DNA from: an uncultured Thermoplasmatales archaeon
GTDB lineage: Archaea; Thermoplasmatota; E2; UBA202; DSCA01
Direction of reading: 5' to 3'
Length of the DNA: 64,000 nt
Assembly (NCBI GenBank): GCA_964514975.1
Contig: CAZESS010000002.1
Location: 24,958 to 88,957, forward strand
In this document: positions 34,696 through 45,520 of the stretch, piece after piece
Position numbering within the stretch: the stretch's first letter is position 1
Layout: each line of letters begins with the position of its first letter
The notes under the pieces: generated by a model
The model's input: only the letters and a program-made list of their open reading frames with translations
What the model was told of the DNA's origin: nothing
Databases searched by the model: none
Translations under genes and position numbers: made by a program

Positions 34696-34932
34696 TTACT
34701 GGGGAAGCAGGTTGTGGTAGAGGCACTGGAGGGACGGCGCGGATGGCGGGGTGCCATCGTCGATGGACAGGCGGTAGATATGGGTGTCGCTGGTGCACCA
34801 GGCGTCGCCGGTCAGCTCTTTCAGGAAATCCGCATGCTCCGGTGTGACCTCGAGCTCGATTTTTTTCCTGGCGCCCTGGGCGTTGATGGGGATTTTTTCG
34901 ATGGTGACGTTAACGGCTGGCATGTGGCGCAC
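34696..34932 (-). CDS. small hypothetical protein
   Basis: ORF track only; no motif. Confidence 0.2.
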   Translation of the reverse strand: MRHMPAVNVTIEKIPINAQGARKKIELEVTPEHADFLKELTGDAWCTSDTHIYRLSIDDGTPPSAPSLQCLYHNLLPQ

Positions 34933-35232
34933 CGCCGTTTCCGTCGTATCCGTTCCCGTTCCATTCGGGGTAGAGCAGGCGCTCGAGCACGTTGTAGAGC
35001 TCGGTTTTCCGCCGCTGGGAGCGGGCTTCCCGCATGTAGCCGGCGACGAGCTGGGCCAGCTCTATCTGTGCTTCCGCATCCTTTCCGACCGTTTTTATGA
35101 GATTATGGCATTCCATGCTGGTTCACCTCCACACTGGCTCCCGCCAGTGTCTCAGCAAAATGCTAACTTCAGTAACATATAAATAGCTATGCCACATATA
35201 TTTGTAACAAAATAGAGTTATATGGTGATAAA

Positions 35233-35757
35233 ATGAAGAAAAGTAACACGACGCTGTTCAAGGTAAGCGAGACTTTGGACCAGCTGCTCATCGACGCGCG
35301 GCAAAGCCTGCAAAAAATCGCCGAGAAATGCGACACCTACCGGCAGAAAATCTGGCGCGAACAGAACAAGCTCGAGGAATCCAACACCATCTGGGGGTAC
35401 ACCGCCGTCGTCAACGAGGAAAAACTGGGCTGGCGGCTGTTCATGGTGTTCATGAAAACCCGTCCCATGACGGAGGATTTCGCCCGGCAGCAGATACGCC
35501 GGGTGCGGGAGGACGTCCCCGGCCAGATGCAGGTCCGGCTCATCGACGTCTACCACCTGACCGGCACCTATGACTGGATCGTCGTCTTCGCGGCCAAAAA
35601 CTGGGCGACCGCCCGAAAATACTACGACAACCTCCGCAAGGAATACTGGGGGCTCACCCTGGAAAAACCCGAGCTGAGCAGCGTGGCCTTCACCTCCATC
35701 CGATGGGGCAAGGTCAACCCGGAGATAGAGCGCCTCGAAGAGTTCGTCTCCCCCTGA
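35233..35757 (+). CDS. Lrp/AsnC-family transcriptional regulator
   Basis: N-terminal HTH 'LDQLLIDARQSLQKIAEKC' and C-terminal RAM-like 'GWRLFMVFMK...DVYHLTGTYDWIVVFAAKN'. Confidence 0.5.
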   Translation: MKKSNTTLFKVSETLDQLLIDARQSLQKIAEKCDTYRQKIWREQNKLEESNTIWGYTAVVNEEKLGWRLFMVFMKTRPMTEDFARQQIRRVREDVPGQMQVRLIDVYHLTGTYDWIVVFAAKNWATARKYYDNLRKEYWGLTLEKPELSSVAFTSIRWGKVNPEIERLEEFVSP

Positions 35758-35795
35758 CGTCACAAAGCTTTAAAGCCCGCTCTGCCTTTACCAGC

Positions 35796-36431
35796 ATGAC
35801 ACTGGTGGCACCCTCCATCCTGTCAGCAGATTTCTCCCGGCTGGGTGACGAAATACGCGAGGTCGGAGTAGCAGGCGCCGACTGGATACACCTCGACGTC
35901 ATGGACGGCCATTTCGTCCCCAACATCACCATCGGCTCCACCGTCGTCGCGGACCTACGCGACCACACCACGCTGCCCTTCGACGTCCATCTCATGATCG
36001 CCGAGCCGGAGCGCTACATCACGGCCTTCGCCGATGCAGGCGCCGACATCATCACCGTCCACGCGGAGGCAGCCGCCCATCTCCACCGGCTCGTCGGGCA
36101 GATACAGGATGCAGGCTGCCACGCCGGCGTCTCCCTCAACCCCGGCTCGCCGCTCTGCATGATTGAGCACGTCCTCGGAGACATCGACCTCCTGCTCATC
36201 ATGACGGTCAACCCCGGCTACGGCGGACAGCGCTTCATCGAGTCCATGCTCCCCAAAATATCCACGGCCAGCGAGCTCGTCGACAGCGAGGGCGTCCATC
36301 TCCAGGTGGACGGCGGCATCAACGAGGACAACGCCAGACAGGTCAGACAGCAAGGGGCCGACGTCATCGTCGCCGGCTCAGCGGTGTTTGGCAGCCCCGA
36401 CTACGCGGCGGCCATCAAAAAGTTGAAATAA
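35796..36431 (+). CDS. rpe: ribulose-phosphate 3-epimerase
   Basis: '[19 protein letters not shown]', '[17 protein letters not shown]', 'HLMI', '[12 protein letters not shown]', 'VDGGIN'. Confidence 0.85.
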   Translation: MTLVAPSILSADFSRLGDEIREVGVAGADWIHLDVMDGHFVPNITIGSTVVADLRDHTTLPFDVHLMIAEPERYITAFADAGADIITVHAEAAAHLHRLVGQIQDAGCHAGVSLNPGSPLCMIEHVLGDIDLLLIMTVNPGYGGQRFIESMLPKISTASELVDSEGVHLQVDGGINEDNARQVRQQGADVIVAGSAVFGSPDYAAAIKKLK

Positions 36432-36442
36432 ACGCCCCCCGA

Positions 36443-37888
36443 TTGAATAACATGGGGCACAGAGCCAACACAGCTATTTTCATCCTCTGCATCTGCACCG
36501 CAGCAACAACGCTGCCGGCATGCGAGGGAGCATGGGGCGTCTACCGCCAGCCGGGCTACGACGAGGGGCGAAGCATCGCGACCGCCAGCGACAGCGCCTA
36601 CGTGGCCGGGCTCTCCATCTCTGAAGGCTCCTTCAACGGCTACCGGCTGCTGAAATACAACGCAACCGGCAACGTTGTATGGGAGCAGCGGTTCCCGGTG
36701 CCCGGTCGACGGATGACAAGGGAGAGCTATCGACATGTCGCGGTGGCCGCCACCCCTACATCAGCCACCATCGCGTTCACCAACGGCACGTTCGCGGTAC
36801 GGGCCATCCATGCAAACGGCACCCGTCTCTGGGAAAACAGATGGCGCCGGCAGTGCAGCGTCACCGACATCGCCATGGATGGCAACCACACCATCGTCGC
36901 CGGATGCGCCGACGATGGACAGGAGGGGCGCTTCCACGTCGTCGCCTTCGACGCACACGGCGGGGTAGCCTGGAACGCGAGCGGGCCGGGCTGCATCTAC
37001 GGCATTGACATCGCCGACGATGCAATACTCCTCGCGGGAGAACGGGACGACACCGGCATCCTCTTTGAGATGAACCGGACCGGCAGGATAACCGCATGCA
37101 GGCAGCTCGACGGGACGGCGATACGGGATGTAGCGGCCGTGAACGACGGCATCGCGCTTCTACACAGCCTGGATGGACAGGTCGCCGTCATCATGGTGCC
37201 ATCGGTGGCCGAAGGCAACGTGACACGGCATAACTATACCGGGACGGCCGGGGCACATGCGCTGCAGCGGGCGCATGGCCGCTTGTTTGTTGCGGGCAAC
37301 GTGTACAACCAGAGCTCACGATACCGGGATTATCTGGTCGCCGAATGCCTCTCAAACGGGACGTTCAACGACGTCGTCCGATACAACGCCAACGGCAGCG
37401 GCGACGACGTCGCATGGGCCGTCGCCGGGTTCCCCGCCGTCGATGGTGTCATCGCCACGGGAGCCGTCTACACCCAGCATGTCATCCCCCCGCAGGTGTA
37501 TATCGACAGGGAGATATACACCACGACATACCTGCCGAACAATCTCCCGCCGACCGCGAACTTCACCTGGACGCCGGACGAAGCGAAGGCGAACGACAGG
37601 GTCACGTTCACCGAAACCGCGGTGGACCCGGACGGCAGCCCTGTGAGCTACACATGGGATTTCGGCGACGGCGACACGGCCATGCAGCGCAATCCATCAC
37701 ATGTGTACACGGACAAGGGCGTGTACACGGTGACCCTAACCGTCCGGGACGACGACGGCGCCGTCGGTACCGCAACGCGGGACATCGTGGTAGCCGAGGA
37801 GGAACAGACACCCGGGTTTTCCATCATCGCTGCAGGCATGGCCGTGGCGTTCGCCGTCATGCTGCGAAGGCGATTAACTTTTAAATAG
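36443..37888 (+). CDS. secreted PKD-domain protein with PGF-CTERM archaeal sorting signal
   Basis: N-terminal signal peptide; PKD-like '[38 protein letters not shown]'; C-terminal '[22 protein letters not shown]'. Confidence 0.65.
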   Translation: MNNMGHRANTAIFILCICTAATTLPACEGAWGVYRQPGYDEGRSIATASDSAYVAGLSISEGSFNGYRLLKYNATGNVVWEQRFPVPGRRMTRESYRHVAVAATPTSATIAFTNGTFAVRAIHANGTRLWENRWRRQCSVTDIAMDGNHTIVAGCADDGQEGRFHVVAFDAHGGVAWNASGPGCIYGIDIADDAILLAGERDDTGILFEMNRTGRITACRQLDGTAIRDVAAVNDGIALLHSLDGQVAVIMVPSVAEGNVTRHNYTGTAGAHALQRAHGRLFVAGNVYNQSSRYRDYLVAECLSNGTFNDVVRYNANGSGDDVAWAVAGFPAVDGVIATGAVYTQHVIPPQVYIDREIYTTTYLPNNLPPTANFTWTPDEAKANDRVTFTETAVDPDGSPVSYTWDFGDGDTAMQRNPSHVYTDKGVYTVTLTVRDDDGAVGTATRDIVVAEEEQTPGFSIIAAGMAVAFAVMLRRRLTFK

Positions 37889-37912
37889 GCCGGCCATATG
37901 GATACACTCATT

Positions 37913-37997
37913 GCAGGGGTAGCCAAGCATGGCCAACGGCGCAAGGTTGAGGGCCTTGTCCTGTAGAGGTCCGCGAGTTCAAATCTCGTCCCCTGCA
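37913..37997 (+). tRNA. tRNA-Leu (anticodon GAG), class II with long variable arm
   Basis: Acceptor GCAGGGG/CCCCTGC, anticodon stem CAAGG/CCTTG with loop TTGAGGG, variable hairpin, T-loop TTCAAAT. Confidence 0.8.
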
Positions 37998-38055
37998 CTC
38001 CATTTTTCCAGCGAAATGTTCATCTCCTCCATCGTGATATCCCGGCGGTGAAACC

Positions 38056-38589
38056 ATGTCAGTGTTCAAAAACATGAAAAAGCGGTTCAACGTTGAACTG
38101 ACGAAGATAAAACAGGTGGCCATGGTCGGCAGCGTTGTGCTGCTCACAGTGAACATCGCGCTGACCGCCTACCCCTACCTCGCCTGGCGGGGCATCCATC
38201 CCTACGTGGGCGTGGCGCTGGTTTTCCTGCTCATCCTGGGCCTGATATGGCTGCTTGCCCATCTCTACATGAACGTGCTCGAGATGTACAAGGAACAGAA
38301 GCTGGCGGAAAACGTGCTCTACAATCCCTACGTGGTCCACCAGTTCAACCCCTTCCAGGAGGTCACCTGGAGGCAGTACAACATGGCGGTGCTCGAGGCA
38401 TTGCGCAGCATCACCCCGGATGCATCGGCGCAGCGCAGGCTGGATGACGCCATCGGTGCCGTGGAGCGCTGGCTGTCGCTCGGCTACATCCCCCGCCGGG
38501 ATGTTCAATGCGCCCTTGATATGGTTCATGTAGTATTCTTCCCGTGTTTTGACGTCTATAATCATATCCATGTCAACACCGAGATATGA
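38056..38589 (+). CDS. hypothetical membrane protein (2 TM)
   Basis: ORF track; hydrophobic helices 'VAMVGSVVLLTVNIALTAY', 'VGVALVFLLILGLIWLLAHL'. Confidence 0.3.
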   Translation: MSVFKNMKKRFNVELTKIKQVAMVGSVVLLTVNIALTAYPYLAWRGIHPYVGVALVFLLILGLIWLLAHLYMNVLEMYKEQKLAENVLYNPYVVHQFNPFQEVTWRQYNMAVLEALRSITPDASAQRRLDDAIGAVERWLSLGYIPRRDVQCALDMVHVVFFPCFDVYNHIHVNTEI

Positions 38590-38683
38590 ACCGTAGTGGA
38601 TACCTATAATTTGTCAATATCAAATCGACAGAGCACGGGGCGGCAGCGGGTAAGGTTTAATATCGCGTTCTCCATGTCTTTCC

Positions 38684-39493
38684 ATGGGCGAACTGGTCTT
38701 CGTCGGCGTCGGACTGCAGAGCGACCGTGACCTCACCCTGGCGGGGCTCAAGGCAGCCCGAAACGGTGACCATATCTTTGCAGAGTTTTACACCAGCCGT
38801 CCCGGCGTGTCCATCGAGATGCTCGAAAAAACCATCGGGAAGCATATAGAGGTGGTCGACCGGAAGGACGTCGAGCAGGAGGACATCATCCTGACGGCGG
38901 CCGCACAGGACCGGGTCTGCCTGCTCACGGGCGGCGATCCGATGACCGCGACGACCCATATCGACCTTCGGTTGCGCGCCGCCGAGCAGGGCATCCCGAC
39001 ACGCATCGTCCACGGCGTCAGCATCGTCACCGCGGCTGCCGGATTGCTAGGGCTCCAGATATACAAGTTCGGGCGGACGACGACGCTCGCCTACCCGGAA
39101 AAAAACTATTTCCCCCTGTCTCCGTACCATGTCATCCGGAAGAACCGGGAGCGGGGGCTGCACACCCTAGTATTGCTCGACATCCAGGATGAACGGCAAC
39201 GATATATGACCATCCCGGAGGGCGTCGAGCTGCTCCTTGAGATGGAACAGCGATGCGACAACGGGGTCATCACCCCGGGTACCGTCCTGGGCGGGGTCGC
39301 CCGCGCATCGTCATCGGAGCCCGTGGTCAAAGCCGGATATCCCGGGCAGCTGCAGGAAACAGATTTCGGTCCGCCGCTGCATTCCCTGGTGGTGCCCGGC
39401 AGCCTGCACGTGATGGAGGCCCGGGCGCTGGTCGAGCTTGCCGACGGTCCGCCGGAGCTGCTCGACGACGGGCAGGAGAGAAAACATTTATAG
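38684..39493 (+). CDS. dph5: diphthine synthase
   Basis: 'LVFVGVGL', 'VCLLTGGDPMTATTHIDL', 'IPTRIVHGVSI' tetrapyrrole-methylase-like diphthine synthase pattern. Confidence 0.8.
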   Translation: MGELVFVGVGLQSDRDLTLAGLKAARNGDHIFAEFYTSRPGVSIEMLEKTIGKHIEVVDRKDVEQEDIILTAAAQDRVCLLTGGDPMTATTHIDLRLRAAEQGIPTRIVHGVSIVTAAAGLLGLQIYKFGRTTTLAYPEKNYFPLSPYHVIRKNRERGLHTLVLLDIQDERQRYMTIPEGVELLLEMEQRCDNGVITPGTVLGGVARASSSEPVVKAGYPGQLQETDFGPPLHSLVVPGSLHVMEARALVELADGPPELLDDGQERKHL

Positions 39494-39517
39494 CGATGTC
39501 GCCATTTAACTGTCCAT

Positions 39518-42500
39518 ATGGCAGACTCGAAGCAGAGAACAGCAGTGCTTATGACGTTCACGGTTGCCTTTCTTTTACTGGCCCATCTGCTGCCCGTGAC
39601 ACCGGCATCGGCCGAGCCGGCCGGAACCGGGTTTGACAAGGGCATCTCATGGGCGTCGACCACCTTTACCAAAAAAGCCACGTTCGTCGGGTTCGACGAG
39701 CAAAGCACCCTTGACGACTATGCATATCTCTCGGCGGTGCCATCCTCCGTGTTTTACAGCAGCGGCGCCGACCGGATGTACACGCATCCATTGCTTTTCC
39801 ACCAGGCAGATACGTCGGTGGGCGGCGAAACCGACCGGGCGCTCAACGGCAAGCAGGGCGTCGACTATTTCATGGACGACTGGATGAGCGCCTGCAACGG
39901 CCGGCTGGACGACCTGATGCTCATCAACGTCGGCGAGGGCGAGATAGACCTGGCAGCCCGGAACGTCACCACCATCAACGGTGACACGCCGGCGGACATC
40001 GCCGGGCGGCTGGCCGAGCGCGACTGGATGTACGCCGACGAGGCGGTCCTGGCCGTCATCAACGACGACACCATATCGGAGGGCAACATGACGTCGGGGA
40101 GCCTTACCGGGAGCTTCGCCGCCGGCGCCGAGGTGAAAACAACGAGCTTCCAGGTGCCGCAGAGCAACTCGCTGAACCCCGTGTACCATGAGTTCACGGT
40201 GCCGGAGCAATACAAGTATCTGAAGGCCGACCTGTGGTGGAACTGTTTCATCCTGGGTGGCTTCATCGCCATCCCTCCGGGTGACCCCGACCTGCAATTG
40301 TTCTGCCAGCACGGCAGCGACTGGATGCAGACCGCCGCCGTTGCGACCTGGAACATCCTGACCGGGCCGGCCGAGCAGGCTGCCTCCTACGTCTACAATC
40401 CCGGCTCATGGCGGGTGGGCGTCACCGACATCCCCACAGAGCGGGACAAAGAAATACCACGCATAGACCTCTTCGGCGGCCTGCTGTCCCTGCAGGGCTC
40501 CGCCTTCCAGGCGCTCCGCAGCATCCGCCGGGGTGTCACATACAACATCGACGTCGAGATGTACCCGGGCACCGAGGTGGACGTGCCCGACGTGCCCGAG
40601 ACGGGTGTCGACAACGCCTCGTTCACCCTGGAATGGAACGGTGAAGCCCAGCTCGGAATGTCGCTCATCGGACCGGCGGGCGAGGAAATCGTGGCTGCGC
40701 GCAACATGACCAGCTCCACGCAGCACATCGAGGTCGACAAGCTGGGCGGCTGCCGCCCCGGCGAGCACTACCGGCTCTGCGTGTTCAGCATGGAAAAAGA
40801 CGCACAGGGCACGGTCGACTTCACCGTCTCCTATACCTGGCGCAATAAAACATCCATGCAGCAGGATATGTCCCTCGCATCGGCAGCCCAGGGCGCCGTC
40901 CTGGCATCGGCGCTCAATGCGCCATTGCTCTACACCTCATCCGACGATTTGCCGTCAGCGACCAAGTCCGCGCTCCGCACCCTGGGCGTCGACAGGGTGC
41001 ACGTCATGGACCTCGGGGAGCGCCTGACAGATAAGGCACGTACCGACATCCGCAACGCTGCCGACATCAAGGCATGGCACACCGCGGCCAGGGATGCCTA
41101 TGACACCATCCGCGATATCACGGGGCAGAACGACGTCATTTTTTCGACGACCGACCCGTGGACGTTCTGGCGAAGCGGTGAGCTGCAACCCGGCGGCGAG
41201 TTCCCGGGCGCATTGTTCGTCGGCCCCGCCGCCTTCCATGCAGCACAGCACGGCAGCCCGCTGCTGCTGCTGGAGATGCATCCACGGCTCTCCTCGGCGG
41301 TGGTATGGCACAACGAGTTCTGGCGTCGCCATGTCAGCGAGCGCTTCCTGTTCACGCCGACGGTGGCAGAGATGTATCTGACGGGCAAACGTGTCTATGA
41401 TTTCCTGCATGACTATGGCTTCGACGGCGACGGCATGGAGTCCATGGTGACCATCGCCGGGCAATATGACATCGGCACCCCATGGGACCGTGTCTTTGTG
41501 GGCAAGGCCAAGCCCGGCCGTATCTTCGGCTCGCCGGTCGACGCTGCCTCATGGTCGGCCCGCAACGTGTTTTATCCCCGTCTCATCTTCGAAAACCCGG
41601 GGCTCAACCCCGGCGGCGTTGAAATGATAAACGGCAGCACGAGCACCCGCCGCTTCACCGGGCTCGCCAGGCGGCCGCTGGCCAACACGCTGGTGGTAGA
41701 GAAGCCGTCCGAGATGGAGCAGATGACCTATCCCGTGGTGTGCTCCTTTGTTACCCATAAATATCGGTTCAACGAGCGCGCCGGGGAATACTATGGCTCC
41801 ACCTATCAGTGTGCTGACGGGCTGACACCGGGCCAGGATTTCACGTTCAACCCCATCGATCAGGGGCTGGGTGAAAAATATCTGGGTATCGAGGGCGCCA
41901 TCTTTCCGGATATGACTGAGACGGAGGTCGTGCCCACCTATCTGCGGCGGGGCGGCTACGACGTCGCGTTTTCTACCTCGCTGGAGGCGGTCGGCGCCGA
42001 TCTCAACACGGGCGCTATCATGTGGGTCCATGGCTCCCATGGACTGGAGACGGAGTGTGGCTCCACCCTGTTCTGGGATCCGGACGAGGGGTTCAGCAGC
42101 CATGATCCCATCTCGCAGCTGGTGAAACCCTTTGCTGGTGCGACGCGGGAGGAAAACCCCTGGCGCGGCTATGAATGGTATCTGGGCTCGACGGCGCAGC
42201 CCGACACGATGACCATGGACGTGCAGGGCACCATTCCGTTCACCAACATCCCGTTTCCCATCGCCACGGGCATGGACTGGGCGCTGGCCAGGGAGCCGGT
42301 CAGGGAGACCCTCAACAAGATTATCCCGTTTTTCGCTCCCTTCAACGTCGATGACAGCTATGACGGCGTCATCGGCACCATCCAGTTTTCCCGGTATCCC
42401 TACGCGGAGAAAAACGCCACCCAGATCGAGGCGGTGCTTGACAACCTGCATTCCATGGGCTTTATCACGAGCATCTGCCAGACCGCCAACACCTATTTCC

Positions 42501-42964
42501 ATCTGTCGCTCGTCCGGCATGGCAGCGTGTTCCAGGTGCAGGACCCCTGGCCGACCTCCTGGTATGGCACTATCTGGCGGCAGAGCATCCCGCGCGACCT
42601 GGTGCTCGGTGACACCGTCGGCGAGGCCTACGTCAAGGGGATGAGCCATGTCGGCATCCTGTACATCACGGAGCCACCCCAGTGGTGGTGGGACATCATG
42701 GAAAACGTGGTCCTGTTCGGCGACCCCGACCTCCGCGTCTGGGTGCCCGGTCAGCAGTACAGCAGCAAAAATCACTGGGAGCAGACCGACGTCGAGCCCC
42801 TTGAATACCGGCAGCAGATGGCAGTTGACGGCCATGCGCTCTACGGCGCCACGGAACATCCCCACAGGGTGGAGGGGTTCAACTGGATGCCCATTCTGCT
42901 CGGCCTTGCCATCGTTGCGCTCATCGGCGCCGCCGGCTATCTCTACTGGCGCCGGAACCAGTGA
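39518..42964 (+). CDS. very large (1148 aa) secreted, C-terminally membrane-anchored protein; possible clan CD (C25/C11-like) peptidase domain
   Basis: Signal peptide, C-terminal TM 'MPILLGLAIVALIGAAGYLYW'; candidate His/Cys dyad 'MWVHGSHGLETECGSTLFWD'. Domain call is tentative. Confidence 0.35.
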   Translation: MADSKQRTAVLMTFTVAFLLLAHLLPVTPASAEPAGTGFDKGISWASTTFTKKATFVGFDEQSTLDDYAYLSAVPSSVFYSSGADRMYTHPLLFHQADTSVGGETDRALNGKQGVDYFMDDWMSACNGRLDDLMLINVGEGEIDLAARNVTTINGDTPADIAGRLAERDWMYADEAVLAVINDDTISEGNMTSGSLTGSFAAGAEVKTTSFQVPQSNSLNPVYHEFTVPEQYKYLKADLWWNCFILGGFIAIPPGDPDLQLFCQHGSDWMQTAAVATWNILTGPAEQAASYVYNPGSWRVGVTDIPTERDKEIPRIDLFGGLLSLQGSAFQALRSIRRGVTYNIDVEMYPGTEVDVPDVPETGVDNASFTLEWNGEAQLGMSLIGPAGEEIVAARNMTSSTQHIEVDKLGGCRPGEHYRLCVFSMEKDAQGTVDFTVSYTWRNKTSMQQDMSLASAAQGAVLASALNAPLLYTSSDDLPSATKSALRTLGVDRVHVMDLGERLTDKARTDIRNAADIKAWHTAARDAYDTIRDITGQNDVIFSTTDPWTFWRSGELQPGGEFPGALFVGPAAFHAAQHGSPLLLLEMHPRLSSAVVWHNEFWRRHVSERFLFTPTVAEMYLTGKRVYDFLHDYGFDGDGMESMVTIAGQYDIGTPWDRVFVGKAKPGRIFGSPVDAASWSARNVFYPRLIFENPGLNPGGVEMINGSTSTRRFTGLARRPLANTLVVEKPSEMEQMTYPVVCSFVTHKYRFNERAGEYYGSTYQCADGLTPGQDFTFNPIDQGLGEKYLGIEGAIFPDMTETEVVPTYLRRGGYDVAFSTSLEAVGADLNTGAIMWVHGSHGLETECGSTLFWDPDEGFSSHDPISQLVKPFAGATREENPWRGYEWYLGSTAQPDTMTMDVQGTIPFTNIPFPIATGMDWALAREPVRETLNKIIPFFAPFNVDDSYDGVIGTIQFSRYPYAEKNATQIEAVLDNLHSMGFITSICQTANTYFHLSLVRHGSVFQVQDPWPTSWYGTIWRQSIPRDLVLGDTVGEAYVKGMSHVGILYITEPPQWWWDIMENVVLFGDPDLRVWVPGQQYSSKNHWEQTDVEPLEYRQQMAVDGHALYGATEHPHRVEGFNWMPILLGLAIVALIGAAGYLYWRRNQ

Positions 42965-42986
42965 AACAAAAACTATATAGCGACGG

Positions 42987-44318
42987 GTGTTTGCTCCTGA
43001 TATGAGCGAACGGGAGCAGGTCCTTCGGGCAATCAACGCCGAGCCGGGTGACCGCATCCGCATTGTGGCAGGCGAGAAAACCTATGCGGGCATCCTGATG
43101 CCCCATCATGCGTTCAGCCAGGATGACGTGGTGACCGTCAAGCTCGACAGCGGCTACAATGTCGGCGTGTCCATAGAGGATGCGGAACTCTCCCTGGTCG
43201 GCAAACGCCAGCCCCGGGAGATGGAACCGCAGGAGGTGCCCCGGAGCCCGGAGAAGCCGTCGGTGGCGTTGCTCGGCACCGGCGGCACCATCGCCAGCTA
43301 TGTCGACTACGAGACAGGGGCGGTCCATCCCGCCGGCACGTCGGAGGAACTCGCGTTTTCAGCCCCCGACATTTTCGATATCTGCAACGTCGACGCAGAC
43401 GTGGTGGCACACAAGCTCAGCGAAAACATGGCCTCTGCCGACTGGGTCGACATCGCGACAGCCACGGCCAGCAAGCTCAACAATGGGGCCAGCGGCGTCA
43501 TCATCGCCCACGGCACCGACACGATGAGCTACACGGCCGCAGCGCTATCATTCATGCTCCATGACCTGTCGGGGCCGGTGGTCCTGGTCGGCTCGCAGCG
43601 CTCGTCTGACCGGCCGAGCAGCGACGCGTTCCAGAACCTGGTGGCGGCGGCACGCGTTGCCATATCAAATCTGGGGGAGGTGGCGGTGGTCATGCACGCC
43701 GAGACCTCGTCCGGCCTGTGTGCGGTGCATCGGGGCACCAGGGTCCGGAAGATGCATGCCTCCCGCCGCGACGCGTTCCGCAGCATCGACGCCCGGCCGC
43801 TCGCCTTCGTCGACGACGAGGTCCGCTTCATAGGGGAATATCGAGCGAAAACGTCCGGGGAGACCGGGATTGCGGCCGAGCTCAACGACGACGTCGCCCT
43901 GGTCTATGCGCATCCTGCACTCGACGAGGAGAGCTTTGTGGCGATGACCGCTGGCCGGGACGGCGTCGTCGTCGCCGGAACGGGGCTCGGACATCTAACC
44001 GAGGCGCTGATGCCGGCTATTCGGGAGCTCACCGCCGATGGGGTGCCCGTTGTGATGACCACGCAGTGCATCTGGGGGCGGGTGAATCTCAACGTGTACT
44101 CGGTTGGGCGGCGGCTGCTCCAGGCCGGTGTCATCCCCGGTGGCGACATGCTGCCCGAGGTTGCCCTGGTCAAGCTGATGTGGACGCTCGCCAACGTATC
44201 TCATGATGATGTCGCGACAGCGATGCAGCGGAACCATGCCGGCGAGCTGTCAGAGCGGACGCTGTATGATACGTTCCCCCAGCAAAAAACATATATTGAA
44301 GACGACATTAACGGTTAG
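42987..44318 (+). CDS. gatD: Glu-tRNA(Gln) amidotransferase subunit D
   Basis: Archaeal GatD N-terminal domain plus asparaginase-like domain ('LLGTGGTIAS', 'IAHGTDTM', 'GTGLGH'). Confidence 0.8.
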   Translation: MFAPDMSEREQVLRAINAEPGDRIRIVAGEKTYAGILMPHHAFSQDDVVTVKLDSGYNVGVSIEDAELSLVGKRQPREMEPQEVPRSPEKPSVALLGTGGTIASYVDYETGAVHPAGTSEELAFSAPDIFDICNVDADVVAHKLSENMASADWVDIATATASKLNNGASGVIIAHGTDTMSYTAAALSFMLHDLSGPVVLVGSQRSSDRPSSDAFQNLVAAARVAISNLGEVAVVMHAETSSGLCAVHRGTRVRKMHASRRDAFRSIDARPLAFVDDEVRFIGEYRAKTSGETGIAAELNDDVALVYAHPALDEESFVAMTAGRDGVVVAGTGLGHLTEALMPAIRELTADGVPVVMTTQCIWGRVNLNVYSVGRRLLQAGVIPGGDMLPEVALVKLMWTLANVSHDDVATAMQRNHAGELSERTLYDTFPQQKTYIEDDING

Positions 44319-44323
44319 AGACC

Positions 44324-45466
44324 ATGAAATCAAAAGTCCTCATCGTTATAGCAGTCATTATGGTGCTGCCGCTCGCCAGCGCCGAGCTGACCAAGCCGAA
44401 CTGGAGCACCGGCGACTACTGGGAGTTCGAGGGACAGTATGACGGCAGCGCCTCGATGGGATTCGAAAACCAGACCATGGAGTCCAGCATCGACATCGAC
44501 ATCACGCTCCGCGTGTCCGTGAACGACGTCCAGGTGCGGCAGGTCGACGGCGACTACGTCGGGGTCTACGCAACCGACATGAGCGGCACCCTTTCAGGCA
44601 CCTTTAGCTACAGGTTCGGCGGAGAGGAGTTCAGCGGCGAGCTGACATTCGACCTGGACGGCACGAACCTGTTTTCAACCACCGATCTTTCCATCCTGGA
44701 GTCGAATGTCAACGTCAACATCAGCATCTCCGGACTGCCACCCGGCACGCTTCCCTCCCAGCTCAACAGCATCACCACCTATGACCCAGCGCTCGATTTC
44801 ATGCAGTTTCCCGTGAGCGCAGGGGAGACATGGACGGCGCAGACCACCGTTACCACGGAGTCATCGATGGGCGGGATGCCGACCCCGCAGCCCGTTGAGT
44901 TCACGTTCCGCTGCGTGCGGACACTTGGCGACCTCTACGTCATCGAGACCGACTACGTGCCGTTCATCGGCGACATCATCCCCATCAACAACACCAACAT
45001 CAGATGGTCCGACAGCAAGGGGATGATAGAGGAGATACGCGGCCAGTCCCAGGAGCAGAACTTCAACATAGGGCTCGTCGATTACTCCTATACGGGGCAG
45101 GAAAACCAGCCGCCGACCGCTGCTATCTCCACCGACGCGCAGCAGCCGTCCACCGGCGACATCATCAGCTTTGACGGGGCCGGCTCGAGCGACCCAGACG
45201 GCACGATCGAGCTCTACCAGTGGAACTTTGGCGACGGCGTCAACGCAACCGGGGACAGCGTCCAGCATGCCTTCGGCGAAAAGGACACCTACACGGTCAC
45301 CCTGACCGTCGTCGACAACTACGGGAACACGGCCACCGCCACGCGGCAGATAACGGTCACGGGCTCGTCCAGCGGCTCCTCACCGGGCTTCGGCGGCATC
45401 TCGCTCGTCGTCGGGCTCGTCGGTGTGATGCTGCTGCTCTGGAAACGAAAGCGGGATTTTAGGTAA
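44324..45466 (+). CDS. secreted PKD-domain protein with PGF-CTERM sorting signal
   Basis: Signal peptide; PKD-like 'YQWNFGDGVNATGDSVQHAFGEKDTYTVTLTVVDNYGN'; C-terminal 'SPGFGGISLVVGLVGVMLLLWKRKR'. Confidence 0.65.
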   Translation: MKSKVLIVIAVIMVLPLASAELTKPNWSTGDYWEFEGQYDGSASMGFENQTMESSIDIDITLRVSVNDVQVRQVDGDYVGVYATDMSGTLSGTFSYRFGGEEFSGELTFDLDGTNLFSTTDLSILESNVNVNISISGLPPGTLPSQLNSITTYDPALDFMQFPVSAGETWTAQTTVTTESSMGGMPTPQPVEFTFRCVRTLGDLYVIETDYVPFIGDIIPINNTNIRWSDSKGMIEEIRGQSQEQNFNIGLVDYSYTGQENQPPTAAISTDAQQPSTGDIISFDGAGSSDPDGTIELYQWNFGDGVNATGDSVQHAFGEKDTYTVTLTVVDNYGNTATATRQITVTGSSSGSSPGFGGISLVVGLVGVMLLLWKRKRDFR

Positions 45467-45520
45467 TTTTAAATAGATTCCGGCATTAATGAAATCGATT
45501 GCCCGGGCGTAGAGGTATCC

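Noticed and set aside
36679-37097. Multiple Arg-rich ORFs inside the PKD/PGF-CTERM gene
   Set aside because: Frame artefacts of GC-rich sequence; the long plus-strand frame has signal peptide, PKD domain and PGF-CTERM.
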